Below, piece after piece: positions 15,740 to 25,377 of a DNA stretch of 36,563 nt. The translations under genes were made by a program, and so were the position numbers. The DNA is from a virus (taxonomy: Duplodnaviria; Caudoviricetes): positions 1 to 36,563 of IMG/VR virus record IMGVR_UViG_3300022930_000020. One strand, written 5' to 3'. The notes under the pieces were generated by a model. The model searched no databases and was not told where the DNA came from. It worked only from the letters and a program-made list of their open reading frames with translations. The first letter of the stretch is position 1; the number at the start of each line of letters is the position of its first letter.

Positions 15740-18004
15740 TTAAAGTTGTTCAGTTACGTAAAATTTCCAATTAATATTCCGCATCGATGCCGAGCCGTCC
15801 ATCTGTCCCGAGCCGATCCTGTCCTGCTCCTGTCCTACAATCCGTACGGCCATAGTTATAACATCGGTCGATAGGACGTTAAAGCTTATCGTTTTGGCTA
15901 TGTTGGTGTATACGACCGTAGTATCCGATTTCTTTTTAGCATCTATCGCGCCGGCGGTATGCACGACCATAAACTCAGCGCCGTTTTTAAAGAGCACGAA
16001 CTGCACGGTCGTTTTTGCCTCTGCGCCTCCGCCCCTGTTCGAGCATTTTACCTGCAGATATTCGACCAGCAGATCCAGTTTGACGGTTGACGCCCTCTCA
16101 AACTGCAGTATTTTAAACGAGCTTATGGCCTCGGCAAGGGTTGCAACATCTCCAATGCCCGGCGCGTAGGTATCTGCGATATTTATAGGCGTTGTTATTT
16201 TGGCCGAGTAGTTTAAGTAGCGGATAAAGCTGTCAACGTTGTCGCGGCCGTACGTGTAGAGCGTGCCAACCTCGCTGCGAAACTCCGACATAAAGTTTGC
16301 CCGGCCGTTATGCGCGACATTTATCTTTCCTACTCTCGAGATCCCGCCCTGCTCAGATACGAACTGGAAAAGTATGTCCGAGTTTGAAAGGACGTTGTCC
16401 GGCTCATTGTTCTGCGCCTTAAATTGAAACGTATCGCTCACGCTGACCGCTGTCGGGAAAGCCAGGACCTCGATGTCGTTTACAAATATTCTGTTTTTAG
16501 TCAGGTCCGCCGCCGTGATTATCATTGTGGCGGCAGGCGAAACGTTGTACGCGGCATATAGCACCGCCAGATCGTTTATAATCGCTTCACCGTAAAAATC
16601 TACAGACATACTCAAATCGAAAACGATCGGTACGTCTACGGGCGTTTTTTGAATCATTAGCGCCTTTATCTGGATACCGTCTTTTTTATTCGAGAAGTTC
16701 AACTCCATAGGCAGCCAATAAGTCGAAAGCTGTTTAATGAAAAACACCTCGAACATTTTAAACTCGCTTAAAAATATAGCGTTATATTTAAAAGCCAGCT
16801 GTCCGACTGTCGGCAGGGCGATGTTATCCGTATACTGTTTATGAAACTCCTGGAATATCTGCAGCATATTAGGCGAAACGGCGCGGTAAAGCATTGCATA
16901 CTGAAAGCTGCCGTTTCGATAGATCTGCACTGCGGTCTGAAAGTTCTCAAAGACATAAATGTTCATTGTCTGCGGATCTGTCCGCTCGCCGTTTACGCGC
17001 AGGGCGATCGTGCCGTCCTCCTCGATTGTCGAATCTCCAAATAAACGCATCGGGCCCGCACCAAAATTACTGATTAGGTAGTCCGCTTTGTCTACGATCG
17101 ATTTATTATTGTCAAAAAAGCTGTTATAATAATCCGCGCTGTCCGAATAGTTCACCGCGTTGATCTTCGCCAGACCTCCCTCGAAAGCGTATTCTTTGTA
17201 CCCGGTGTAAACGTGAGAGTAATCGACAAAACGCTCTTTAATCTCGTCTATGTATTTCCAAAAATATACGCCGATTGCTTTTGCTGAGTCCGAAACCTCG
17301 ATATATCCGTTAAACGTTTCAAGGAAATCAAGTATAAAATCGTATGCGGTTTTTGTGGTGTCAAAAGCGGGCGTCCCGTCCGGGCCGTAAACTCCAACGT
17401 TTGAGCTGGTGTAATATTTTTTAATGTTTTCGTCGGTCAATATGTCGCCCGAATAGGCGTAGCCCATCTGTGTAAATATGGCTATTAAAAGATCCTGTAT
17501 TCTGAGCAGGATAGGCACCTCTTCGACCACTATCAGGCCGCTGTCCTCCTGCGCAGAGATCGGCGCGGTCCTTGCAGGCGCATCCGCCGGGCGGTTGTTG
17601 GCCTCCAAAAAGTCGAGGTATGTTTTAGTATAGACCACACCTGTATCGATCTGGTTCATTAAAAGCTCTTTCGCTTTTGCAATAAAATAATTATCACTGA
17701 ATATCAAATAAACTGGAATATTTTTAGTTAATTCTTTTTGAACCTTGAGCTTTTGTTTTTTCAAAAATATACACCCGTTCAAAACCACGTCCACGTCGTA
17801 ACCCGCCGTCATACTTTTGGCCTTTGAGTTTGGCAGGTAGTTGATGCCTAAAAGCCTGCGGTTTTTTGAAGTGTCCAGCAGATTAAAATTATTTGAGTAC
17901 GAGTATAGATCTTGAATACCATTAAGCTGCTGCGACTTTTTAAAAGTCAAAACAGCAGCCTGGTCTATATCTAAAGTCTCGTTTTTTAGTATAATCTTTA
18001 TCAT
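15740..18004 (-). CDS. putative baseplate hub/minor tail protein
   Basis: 754 aa, beta-rich, N-terminal YSYSNNFNL..T.KN..LLG pattern of tail-hub proteins. Adjacent to the tape measure gene. Confidence 0.6.
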   Translation of the reverse strand: MIKIILKNETLDIDQAAVLTFKKSQQLNGIQDLYSYSNNFNLLDTSKNRRLLGINYLPNSKAKSMTAGYDVDVVLNGCIFLKKQKLKVQKELTKNIPVYLIFSDNYFIAKAKELLMNQIDTGVVYTKTYLDFLEANNRPADAPARTAPISAQEDSGLIVVEEVPILLRIQDLLIAIFTQMGYAYSGDILTDENIKKYYTSSNVGVYGPDGTPAFDTTKTAYDFILDFLETFNGYIEVSDSAKAIGVYFWKYIDEIKERFVDYSHVYTGYKEYAFEGGLAKINAVNYSDSADYYNSFFDNNKSIVDKADYLISNFGAGPMRLFGDSTIEEDGTIALRVNGERTDPQTMNIYVFENFQTAVQIYRNGSFQYAMLYRAVSPNMLQIFQEFHKQYTDNIALPTVGQLAFKYNAIFLSEFKMFEVFFIKQLSTYWLPMELNFSNKKDGIQIKALMIQKTPVDVPIVFDLSMSVDFYGEAIINDLAVLYAAYNVSPAATMIITAADLTKNRIFVNDIEVLAFPTAVSVSDTFQFKAQNNEPDNVLSNSDILFQFVSEQGGISRVGKINVAHNGRANFMSEFRSEVGTLYTYGRDNVDSFIRYLNYSAKITTPINIADTYAPGIGDVATLAEAISSFKILQFERASTVKLDLLVEYLQVKCSNRGGGAEAKTTVQFVLFKNGAEFMVVHTAGAIDAKKKSDTTVVYTNIAKTISFNVLSTDVITMAVRIVGQEQDRIGSGQMDGSASMRNINWKFYVTEQL

Positions 18005-19125
18005 TGATTAAAGTTTCCGGTATTGGTTATTTTCGCTTTAAGCATATAGTCGAACGTGCGAAACAATCCTGCAGACGTGCCTGTGATTTCGCACTCGATA
18101 AAAACGTCGTTGCCGTTCAGCTGCTTTAAGTTCATTTCAACTTTAGGCGCGCGGAGCAGCATATCGAAAAGCTCTTTTAATTCTTTGATCTTTGAACCTT
18201 TGAAGCTGATCTCTTTTTTATATTCAGATTTCGACTGCACCGATCCGGATCTGAATTGATTCTCGTTGTGGTAGTCGTCGTCGTAAAATTCTATTTTAGA
18301 GCGGTCCGCGTTGTCGGTGTCGATCGCCGAATAAAAGTACGAGAATCCGCCTTTTGAATTATAAAATCTGAATTGGACAATCGGATCGCAGCCCGTATCG
18401 CTTTTAAAGTCGATCGCCTGCAGCTTTTTATCCGGATGCTGGTTTGAGGTCGTTACTGCGCGCAGGGATCTCACGGCGTTTAACTGCGGATCTGTCAGCT
18501 TATAAGTCGATACCCCTTTTACATTTGGAATGTTTCCGGAAATACCTGCAACGCTCAGCGTATTGCCGACCATTTCGTTTATAAAAACTGAGATATAATT
18601 GTCGAAGCCTCTGCAGATCTCAATTACTGCCGGCGTCAGAAATGTAACCTTATCAACCGCCAGAGGGTTTGTAAATTTATCGAATAAAAGGCGCTCGCCC
18701 AGAATAGAAAAGTATGTACCTGTCAGGTCGTCGATCGCGCTCAGACCGTCCGTAAATACAAAGTTGTCGAACACGTAGTTATCAAACGTAAAAAGATCGT
18801 CCTCTGGGATCGATCCGTCTCTGATCTTTAAACTCGTTTCGAACTTTTCAACCGATAGGTTTTTAGTGCCGTCAAAGCGGAAATCAAAACCTGCAAGCTG
18901 CAGAGCCTTGAAAAACTCCTGAGCGTCTACAGAGAATATTTTTGTCTCGGTGTTGGGAAATATGTTTCTGATTATTGCTGAGCGGTCCGCATAAAGCGAT
19001 CGGATCACAACGTCGCAGACGTAGTCGTCGAAGTTGCCGACAACTGAATCCGTAGTAAATTCGAATATTACTGCGCTGGTATTGTTGAAAAACAGCGCCG
19101 GCTGTGTTATTAAAGTAATTGCCAT
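18001..19125 (-). CDS. putative distal tail/minor structural protein
   Basis: 374 aa with MAITLITQP and RFYNSKGGFSYFY...LLRAPKV motifs of Bacteroidota phage tail proteins. Confidence 0.55.
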   Translation of the reverse strand: MAITLITQPALFFNNTSAVIFEFTTDSVVGNFDDYVCDVVIRSLYADRSAIIRNIFPNTETKIFSVDAQEFFKALQLAGFDFRFDGTKNLSVEKFETSLKIRDGSIPEDDLFTFDNYVFDNFVFTDGLSAIDDLTGTYFSILGERLLFDKFTNPLAVDKVTFLTPAVIEICRGFDNYISVFINEMVGNTLSVAGISGNIPNVKGVSTYKLTDPQLNAVRSLRAVTTSNQHPDKKLQAIDFKSDTGCDPIVQFRFYNSKGGFSYFYSAIDTDNADRSKIEFYDDDYHNENQFRSGSVQSKSEYKKEISFKGSKIKELKELFDMLLRAPKVEMNLKQLNGNDVFIECEITGTSAGLFRTFDYMLKAKITNTGNFNQ

Positions 19126-19541
19126 TGTGTGTGCGATATTTCGTTTAAGGTTTCAGCTATTGCGGTATTCATTATGCGCTGCACGTTTTCGGGGTTAAGA
19201 ACGGCCTGCAGTTTGGCAGATCCGCCTTTGCGGTCCCAGGTCGTGCCCTCGGTTTTGATTGTGGCGAGCACCGCCCACGGGTCCAGGATCCCGTCCAGAC
19301 CTTTAGCGATAACCCATTCCTTTATATCCTCGATAGTCGGCGGACTTTTGTACTGCTCACCGTCCCGGAGTTCTAAAATATAGGCCATTGCAAAGACCTT
19401 GACCTCCTGTTTATTCGCGGTTATATTGCTGGTCGTGTGTATCGATTCTATTAACTGCCTGGTGGCGATCAAATTGTCGCCTACTATCGCCCCGCGCAGA
19501 GGCTGCACAAACTCATCGTCGACCAATGCTTCTAAATCCAT
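19110..19541 (-). CDS. putative tail completion/neck protein
   Basis: 143 aa with ATRQLIESI and PP.IEDIKEWVIAKG motifs, in the structural operon. Confidence 0.5.
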   Translation of the reverse strand: MDLEALVDDEFVQPLRGAIVGDNLIATRQLIESIHTTSNITANKQEVKVFAMAYILELRDGEQYKSPPTIEDIKEWVIAKGLDGILDPWAVLATIKTEGTTWDRKGGSAKLQAVLNPENVQRIMNTAIAETLNEISHTQWQLL

Positions 19542-19744
19542 TAGTCGTCAGTTTTTGTGCAGGCTATGAACAGCCTCGCGCTTATAAATATCCCGGCCAC
19601 CATTCCGAGACCGAATACGATCCCGAAACCGGCTAAGGTAAAAACTACCATACCCGTAGTGAAAATAATAAAAAGGCTAGCAGCTAAGCAGGTTAAAACT
19701 ACGACTGCCACTGCTGACTGTCTAAATATCTTTTTTAAATCCAT
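19541..19744 (-). CDS. small membrane protein (2 TM)
   Basis: 67 aa, almost entirely hydrophobic, overlaps both neighbours. Confidence 0.65.
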   Translation of the reverse strand: MDLKKIFRQSAVAVVVLTCLAASLFIIFTTGMVVFTLAGFGIVFGLGMVAGIFISARLFIACTKTDD

Positions 19745-20202
19745 ATCGAGTAAAATACCTCGACGCCTGTCATGTTGGTAGCTTTGGTGTACTTCACCGA
19801 ATTATACAACGGGCGCAGAGAGTTAATAATTATTTGAAAATCGCAGGCGATATAGTTCTTAAGTTCCAAAGCAAAAGGCAGGTTTAGCAGATCTTTCACA
19901 ATATCGTTAAACTGCCCGCCGGTAAAAGTCGAGCTGCTGGTGTCGATGTTGATCTCTGACGGTCTGCCGATAAACAGCACGCCGTCAAAACGTCCGCGGT
20001 TCTCGTTTACAAGCGGGGCAAAAAGATCGATCCTGTTTATAAATCCGATCTGCGGGAGGATCTCGTTAGGTGTTACGCCTGTCGGGTCCGTGTCGTAGTA
20101 CTGAAAATTGTTATACTGCGCAACATATTTGAACAGGTCGGACGGATCCGCTATGCCCGGCAGTTCGTAGGTCCCGTCTTTTGGTTTTAAAATCGCTGCC
20201 AT
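19735..20202 (-). CDS. hypothetical structural protein (tail terminator-like?)
   Basis: 155 aa. Size and position fit, but no decisive motif. Confidence 0.5.
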   Translation of the reverse strand: MAAILKPKDGTYELPGIADPSDLFKYVAQYNNFQYYDTDPTGVTPNEILPQIGFINRIDLFAPLVNENRGRFDGVLFIGRPSEINIDTSSSTFTGGQFNDIVKDLLNLPFALELKNYIACDFQIIINSLRPLYNSVKYTKATNMTGVEVFYSIWI

Positions 20203-20414
20203 AATGTTTCAAAGATTAAACAGATATAAAAAATCGCAACGCCTTTGATGACGGTGTCGAGAATAAGCACAAAATTCGAAGCGCCCGGCAGGAGTGATCG
20301 CCGTGAGAATCTCCAAAAGTTATCGCTGGGCTGTCTCAAAACGTAATAGCATACGCGGATCCAAAGCCAGAAAAGCAGAAAGGCTGCCGTTAATAATCCT
20401 AGTGCTAGCATCAT
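20187..20414 (-). CDS. small membrane protein (2 TM)
   Basis: 75 aa, two hydrophobic segments, ATGA overlap with the upstream gene. Confidence 0.65.
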   Translation of the reverse strand: MMLALGLLTAAFLLFWLWIRVCYYVLRQPSDNFWRFSRRSLLPGASNFVLILDTVIKGVAIFYICLIFETLWQRF

Positions 20415-20929
20415 ATTGGTTTCTTTTTATTGCGTTCGAACGCGTTTAAGACTTCTAATTTGTCCGCTAAGATAGATAAAATAATTGTATCCAGATTAAA
20501 CAGTTCTCGATTTTGTTGCCTCTTCTCGTTGTAGTTGACCGGGATCAGCTTTTTATCGGCCCAATAATTTATATAATAGAATTTATTCACTACGTCATTT
20601 TGAAAGCCTCGGCTCGATCCCTCTACGTTGTAGCTGTGCTTAACCTCCTCGATCGCGTCGGCGAGATACTTAAGGGCCTTATTAAATTTGTGGGTGAATG
20701 CTTTGAGGACCATCGCCTCGAAAGGCTTCGAGGTTTTGATGTTGAAACTCTGATAAAACCGCATTACGATAACGGCCATTTCCTGCTCGTTTTTCGCTTC
20801 GCCCAGGTCCAGCCAGTCAAATGCGTTTATCTTATCAACAATATCTAAGTGCGTTACACCGATCTGCAGATATGCTGCCAGAGCGTCGCCGTGCTTTAAG
20901 ATCGTTTTCTCTGTTTTCTTTAGTCCCAT
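20411..20929 (-). CDS. hypothetical protein (tail assembly chaperone-like?)
   Basis: 172-aa helical protein overlapping the TerL stop. Confidence 0.65.
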   Translation of the reverse strand: MGLKKTEKTILKHGDALAAYLQIGVTHLDIVDKINAFDWLDLGEAKNEQEMAVIVMRFYQSFNIKTSKPFEAMVLKAFTHKFNKALKYLADAIEEVKHSYNVEGSSRGFQNDVVNKFYYINYWADKKLIPVNYNEKRQQNRELFNLDTIILSILADKLEVLNAFERNKKKPI

Positions 20930-22287
20930 TCTGGCATTTTTTTAAGTTTGAATATAAATCGCATAAGCATCGCGTCGAACCAGTCGGGCGATCGGCCTGT
21001 GCGCTCTTTGAATTTCTTTTTGCTTTCGAGTTTGATTTTAAGCTCGTCGTCTGTCGGTTCTCTGCAGATCTGTTCGAGGTCGGACATTATCTGCTTTTTA
21101 AACGTCAGGTCGTCAATCCCGATAGTGCCGTCTTTTAAAGCGTCCAAAAGCAGGAACGCGCACTCGGTTTTTAAGTTTTTATACTGATCGTCCAGGATCG
21201 GCGCAGAATTATTAATAAAGGCTTTTGCGTTTTCCAGCTTCTTAAGGCTGTGAGCCGTAAACTTTCGCAGACCGTCAGCGTCGTAAACGATATTCGAGGA
21301 CATGACGCCGTACTCCTCTGCGAGCTCCTTAAGTTTGGTGCCGATCGCGGTCTCGTCAATCTTGTCGATAGCGATTACTTTGATAATGCGCCAGCCGTGC
21401 CATATCATAATAACGAAAATATCAGCACCCATGTACGCAATATCGGCAGATATATATTTCTGGCCTGAGGCCTTAACGTGTTTATTGAGGAAAAGATTAC
21501 ATATCCAGTCATACTCGTACATCGAATACGGGTTATCGTCGTACTCCCAGTTACCCTTTATCAGTCTTTCGATGCTTTTTTCGTCGCCTTTAAGGGCGCG
21601 CTTAAGATCTCGTATGTAGTTTTTAGGCAGCTTTTTGTTATCCTGAGGCAGGGCCTGAACGAATTTACGGTATGACGGTAAACGGTTTTCTTTTTTAGCG
21701 AGGTAATAATCCTCATAAACGAAATTCTTTGCGGGGTTAAGTGTTACCAGCAGCTTGCCGGGCAGGTTGTAAACGTCGTTTTTCCATCGCCCTATCGTGG
21801 CCTGCAGCATTGCTTTACCTTTTGGGTGTATCTCTCCGGCCTCCTCGATCCAGCCTCTTGTCATCTGGATAGATCCAAACCTCATAAACTCCGGGTCATC
21901 CTTAGGCAGGTACGCCGCCTCTAAAAGAAAGACTTTCGAGCCGTTGTACAGGGTGTAGAAATTATCATTTGCATTGTAATGCCAGTAACTTGAATCAAGG
22001 CCCCAATCGCTAAGGACCTCTTCGATCGTAGGCTGGGTGTATTTTCTTAAATCATTAAGCTTTTTACGGGCGATAAAATAGTGAGTACCGGGGTAAATCA
22101 GCGCATCACCGAAAATAAGCGAGACGCCCAGATAAGACTTGCCGGATCCTTTCGAACCTCCGTAGCCTATGTCTGAGACCTCGTCATCCAGCCAATGCTC
22201 GACGACCTCCATCTGGCGATCGTTTCCGCAGGTGTCAAATACTATTTCTCTAGTCTTCCGCCCCCGGCGTTTGCTCGTCTGAATCAT
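20920..22287 (-). CDS. terL: terminase large subunit
   Basis: Walker A YGGSKGSGKS, Walker B WIEEAGE, TLNP, nuclease ISADIA and SPDWFDA. Confidence 0.95.
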   Translation of the reverse strand: MIQTSKRRGRKTREIVFDTCGNDRQMEVVEHWLDDEVSDIGYGGSKGSGKSYLGVSLIFGDALIYPGTHYFIARKKLNDLRKYTQPTIEEVLSDWGLDSSYWHYNANDNFYTLYNGSKVFLLEAAYLPKDDPEFMRFGSIQMTRGWIEEAGEIHPKGKAMLQATIGRWKNDVYNLPGKLLVTLNPAKNFVYEDYYLAKKENRLPSYRKFVQALPQDNKKLPKNYIRDLKRALKGDEKSIERLIKGNWEYDDNPYSMYEYDWICNLFLNKHVKASGQKYISADIAYMGADIFVIMIWHGWRIIKVIAIDKIDETAIGTKLKELAEEYGVMSSNIVYDADGLRKFTAHSLKKLENAKAFINNSAPILDDQYKNLKTECAFLLLDALKDGTIGIDDLTFKKQIMSDLEQICREPTDDELKIKLESKKKFKERTGRSPDWFDAMLMRFIFKLKKMPEWD

Positions 22288-22732
22288 TGGCGGGTTTTGT
22301 GTTTTTAATACTCATACCGATAATTGCCGGCATATTGATCGAGGCGTTATCGCTCGTAACATCGATCTTATCGCCGAAACGTTTAGGTGCCTCTTTCATT
22401 AATCGCCATTTAAGCGTATCGATCAAAAGCTTTGAGCGCTGCACGTTGTCTTTTTTGATCGTTTTATCTCCAAAGGTCCCGATCTCCTCGACGGTGTCCA
22501 CCATTACTGTACGGGCGATCTCGACCATTTCGTCAAAGATTGCCTCTGCGGCTATATCTTTCGCGCGCGCATACCGTTCTCGCATTTCTTCGTCCTCTTC
22601 TATCCAATCATAGAACTTTCGGCGCGTCGGCATACCGGGTGTACCTAGAATCTGTCTTACTGGTGTGCCGTCCTCTATGCGTCTCAAGACTTTGCGGAAC
22701 AGCATTTCCTTTTGTGCGGGTGTATACGACAT
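22250..22732 (-). CDS. terS: terminase small subunit (Sf6 gp1-like)
   Basis: GMP....FYDWI...YARAK...DEMVEIA...VQRSKLLIDTLKW...APKRFGDKIDVT. ATG at 22732 lies downstream of a -7 element. Confidence 0.9.
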   Translation of the reverse strand: MSYTPAQKEMLFRKVLRRIEDGTPVRQILGTPGMPTRRKFYDWIEEDEEMRERYARAKDIAAEAIFDEMVEIARTVMVDTVEEIGTFGDKTIKKDNVQRSKLLIDTLKWRLMKEAPKRFGDKIDVTSDNASINMPAIIGMSIKNTKPANDSDEQTPGAED

Positions 22733-22751
22733 AATGAAAGCTTTAGAGCTC

Positions 22752-22759
22752 CAAAGATA
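22752..22759 (-). promoter_or_regulatory. -7 promoter element of late operon
   Basis: TATCTTTG (TAnnTTTG) about 20 nt upstream of the terS ATG. No canonical -33 element at normal spacing. Confidence 0.6.
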
Positions 22760-22779
22760 TAAAGTTTTGCTCAAAATAG

Positions 22780-23156
22780 GGCGTAAACAGAATAATTTTG
22801 TACTGTTTACGCTGTAAACCCTTGTAAAAGCTGACATTAGCACCCTAAAAACCCCAAAAGTAAACGAAGTAAACAGAAACAGCGTAACTTCAAAACCCTA
22901 TACGTGTATATACGCGTTTTTACGTGTTTCGTATACGTATATTCTTATATATTATTATAATTTTATATTTCTTATTATATTCTGTTTACTCTGTTTACAA
23001 TTGACCTCCGCCCAAGCGCGATAAGACTTCGCGAGTAAACAGCGACTGTTTATTTCTGTTTATCTTTGTTTACTTTTCATTTTGAGGCATAAAAAAGACG
23101 CCCCGAGGGCGCCTTAATTGTTCAATTTGAAATCGGACTGTTTACTTCTGTTTACA
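22780..23156. other. origin-like element B (homolog of 2970-3245)
   Basis: GTAAAC/GTTTAC arrays and an AT-rich core. 23035-23065 matches 3205-3235 at 28/31. Confidence 0.6.
23091..23115 (-). terminator. intrinsic terminator of early operon
   Basis: Minus strand AAGGCGCCC-TCG-GGGCGTCTTTTTT. Confidence 0.85.
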
Positions 23157-23159
23157 TTT

Positions 23160-24911
23160 TTACTCCTCGGGTGCCTCTCTCAGCTCCTCCATTTCGTAAA
23201 TATATTTTAGGTTTTTGTCTATCGTTAGATTCTTATCTCGGTATTTTTCCATTAAACCGTCTCGGTCTGCCTCCTCGAGACTATTCCACCACTCGAGATA
23301 AACCTGTCTGTCTTTTTTACGCTCGACGGCTTTCGCAGATCTCTTTTTTGGCTGGGCGCTCTCTTTACGTTCGGACGGTTTTTGCGGTGCGGGTGCTTTG
23401 ACTATGTTGGTTTCTTTCAACTCTTCGCTTTTCCAGCCTGCTGAAATTAAATGCTCTTTTATCTGATCCGATAAAGTTTTACAGTATTTAGGGTAGGAGA
23501 TCCCTCTGGATAATCTGCAATAAGCCCGGTTCAAAAGATCGTTCGCTTTCTCCAATTTGTCGCCAGTCTCTTTACGGACTTCGGCTTTTGCTTTTTCGAT
23601 TGCCTCCTTAATTCCAGGAGTATCAACGTTTACCGTCAGCGTGGTCGTTTGCTTATAAGGTTCCGCCGTTCTGATCTGATTCAATCGACGTTCAGCGGCT
23701 GACTTTTTGTATTTAAACTCGCCTACTCCGGTTTGCATAATGAAAAGTTTACCCAGCCCCTCGCAGTCCAGGCACTCCGACAATTTCTGACTCGGCCCGA
23801 CTCTAACCTCGCCGGTGCCTTTGCAACTCGGGCAGTCGCACGTTTTAATCTCGGATTCGTAGACCGCCTGCTTATCATTTACGTTTGTATCTGCAGGTAC
23901 GTAAACCGTAGTTTCGAAACTTTCATAAGCTCTGCGGAGTTTAGCCGTTTTAAATTGCGGCACATTTTCTCGAACCTTTTCCGGTTTTTGCGGTTCCGCC
24001 GTTTCGATCTCACCTGTACCGCAGCAAAAATCGCAAGTCTGTTCGTATTTCATATCTTCGACGTCTACAGTCACGATCCCGTCACCCTCACATCTAGGGC
24101 ACAATGTTTTATTTACTTCGTTCGGGAAATCCGGACCGTCGGGGTAAAGCTCTGCACTCATCACATTTATAGGCATAAACCTGCGATTGTTATTATCATT
24201 CTTAAAAGCTTCAATAATACGGTCCGGGTTTGCATTCGATTTTTCAGCGCCTGCTTTCTCATCAGCGATAAACTTTTCAAGGTCCCCGCCGATTTTGCAT
24301 ATCTGTACCGGGCCGACCTCAGGGAAAGCCTCTTTTAAATCTCGCAGGGTGCGCCATATTAAGCCATACCTGCTTTCGTTTTCAAGTTTTAACTCGGTGA
24401 TCTTTTTCGCCTGCAGCTGCATAGTGGTTTTATCTATTTTTGTTTCGGCTTTTAGCTTTTCTATTTCCGCGGTCATTTTCTCCTCGCGAAGTTTATAGCC
24501 GTCCAGATCAAAATTATTGTTGGCGATAGTCTTTTCCGCTTTTAAATACTTTGCATCAAGTTCCGAAACAGAATTGTCCTGTATACGTATAACGGTTTTT
24601 GCTTTTCTAAGTTCGTCCCTGACCGCGTAGTAATCCAATCGTGAAGCTTTAAATTTGCTGCGCAACTCTCCGAGTTCAAAATTTAAGATCTTAATCTTTT
24701 CGGCGGTTCTGTTGTCTGACATACGCTTATCAATAGCGGCCGCGAGCTCCTGCAGTTTTTCAACGTGCGGCCTGTTCTCCGTTAAAGTAAAGCTGGCAGC
24801 GAAACGTTTTTTAACTGCCCGGATCTGGTCGTCCTGATCTGATACCCGATAAGCGAGAAAGACCAGAGCAAATGCAAAAGCGATAAACATAATAATTGTG
24901 TTAGTTTCCAT
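23160..24911 (-). CDS. membrane-anchored coiled-coil protein with DnaJ-type zinc fingers
   Basis: N-terminal TM, long coiled coil, four CxxCxGxG motifs (CPRCEGDG, CDFCCGTG, CPSCKGTG, CLDCEGLG). Confidence 0.8.
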   Translation of the reverse strand: METNTIIMFIAFAFALVFLAYRVSDQDDQIRAVKKRFAASFTLTENRPHVEKLQELAAAIDKRMSDNRTAEKIKILNFELGELRSKFKASRLDYYAVRDELRKAKTVIRIQDNSVSELDAKYLKAEKTIANNNFDLDGYKLREEKMTAEIEKLKAETKIDKTTMQLQAKKITELKLENESRYGLIWRTLRDLKEAFPEVGPVQICKIGGDLEKFIADEKAGAEKSNANPDRIIEAFKNDNNNRRFMPINVMSAELYPDGPDFPNEVNKTLCPRCEGDGIVTVDVEDMKYEQTCDFCCGTGEIETAEPQKPEKVRENVPQFKTAKLRRAYESFETTVYVPADTNVNDKQAVYESEIKTCDCPSCKGTGEVRVGPSQKLSECLDCEGLGKLFIMQTGVGEFKYKKSAAERRLNQIRTAEPYKQTTTLTVNVDTPGIKEAIEKAKAEVRKETGDKLEKANDLLNRAYCRLSRGISYPKYCKTLSDQIKEHLISAGWKSEELKETNIVKAPAPQKPSERKESAQPKKRSAKAVERKKDRQVYLEWWNSLEEADRDGLMEKYRDKNLTIDKNLKYIYEMEELREAPEE

Positions 24912-25371
24912 TGTGATTGCGTGTTAAATTAATATTAAAGTAAGTTAGTTTAGCTTTATCGGCGTATGCCCTTATAAGCCTCTCGAATGTTGCATCGTTG
25001 CGCATATCGGTAACTGCCACAAGCTCGCGAGTCTCGGCGCACATATCGATCGCCCGTTTAAGATCTACGTAACTGAGATAGCTCTGGCGGGTAACTTCGA
25101 CCGCGTCCTGCATCTTATGGACCAGGGTGCTCTTGCCGGATGCCTGCGGACCGGTTATGTACATAAGGCATTTAATTTTTGGAACTTTCTCCGGCGTCTC
25201 GATCGATCCGGCGTATCCGTTCTTAGCATCCCAAAGCAGGGCGCCGTCAGCGGTAGCCCATACGCTCGAATACGGCACACGCTCTATCGGTGTATCCTTT
25301 TTCAGTCTGGTGCCGAAGTGCGCGCGGATCTGCTCCTCGCTAGGTCTGGCTTTAATGTCTGGCTCTTTCAT
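24901..25371 (-). CDS. small P-loop NTPase/kinase-like protein
   Basis: YITGPQASGKST Walker A and LVAVTD. 156 aa. Confidence 0.7.
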   Translation of the reverse strand: MKEPDIKARPSEEQIRAHFGTRLKKDTPIERVPYSSVWATADGALLWDAKNGYAGSIETPEKVPKIKCLMYITGPQASGKSTLVHKMQDAVEVTRQSYLSYVDLKRAIDMCAETRELVAVTDMRNDATFERLIRAYADKAKLTYFNINLTRNHNGN

Positions 25372-25377
25372 AGTGGG

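Noticed and set aside
22733-22843. N-terminal extension of TerS from the ORF track
   Set aside because: It runs through the promoter and iteron region. The ATG at 22732 fits better.
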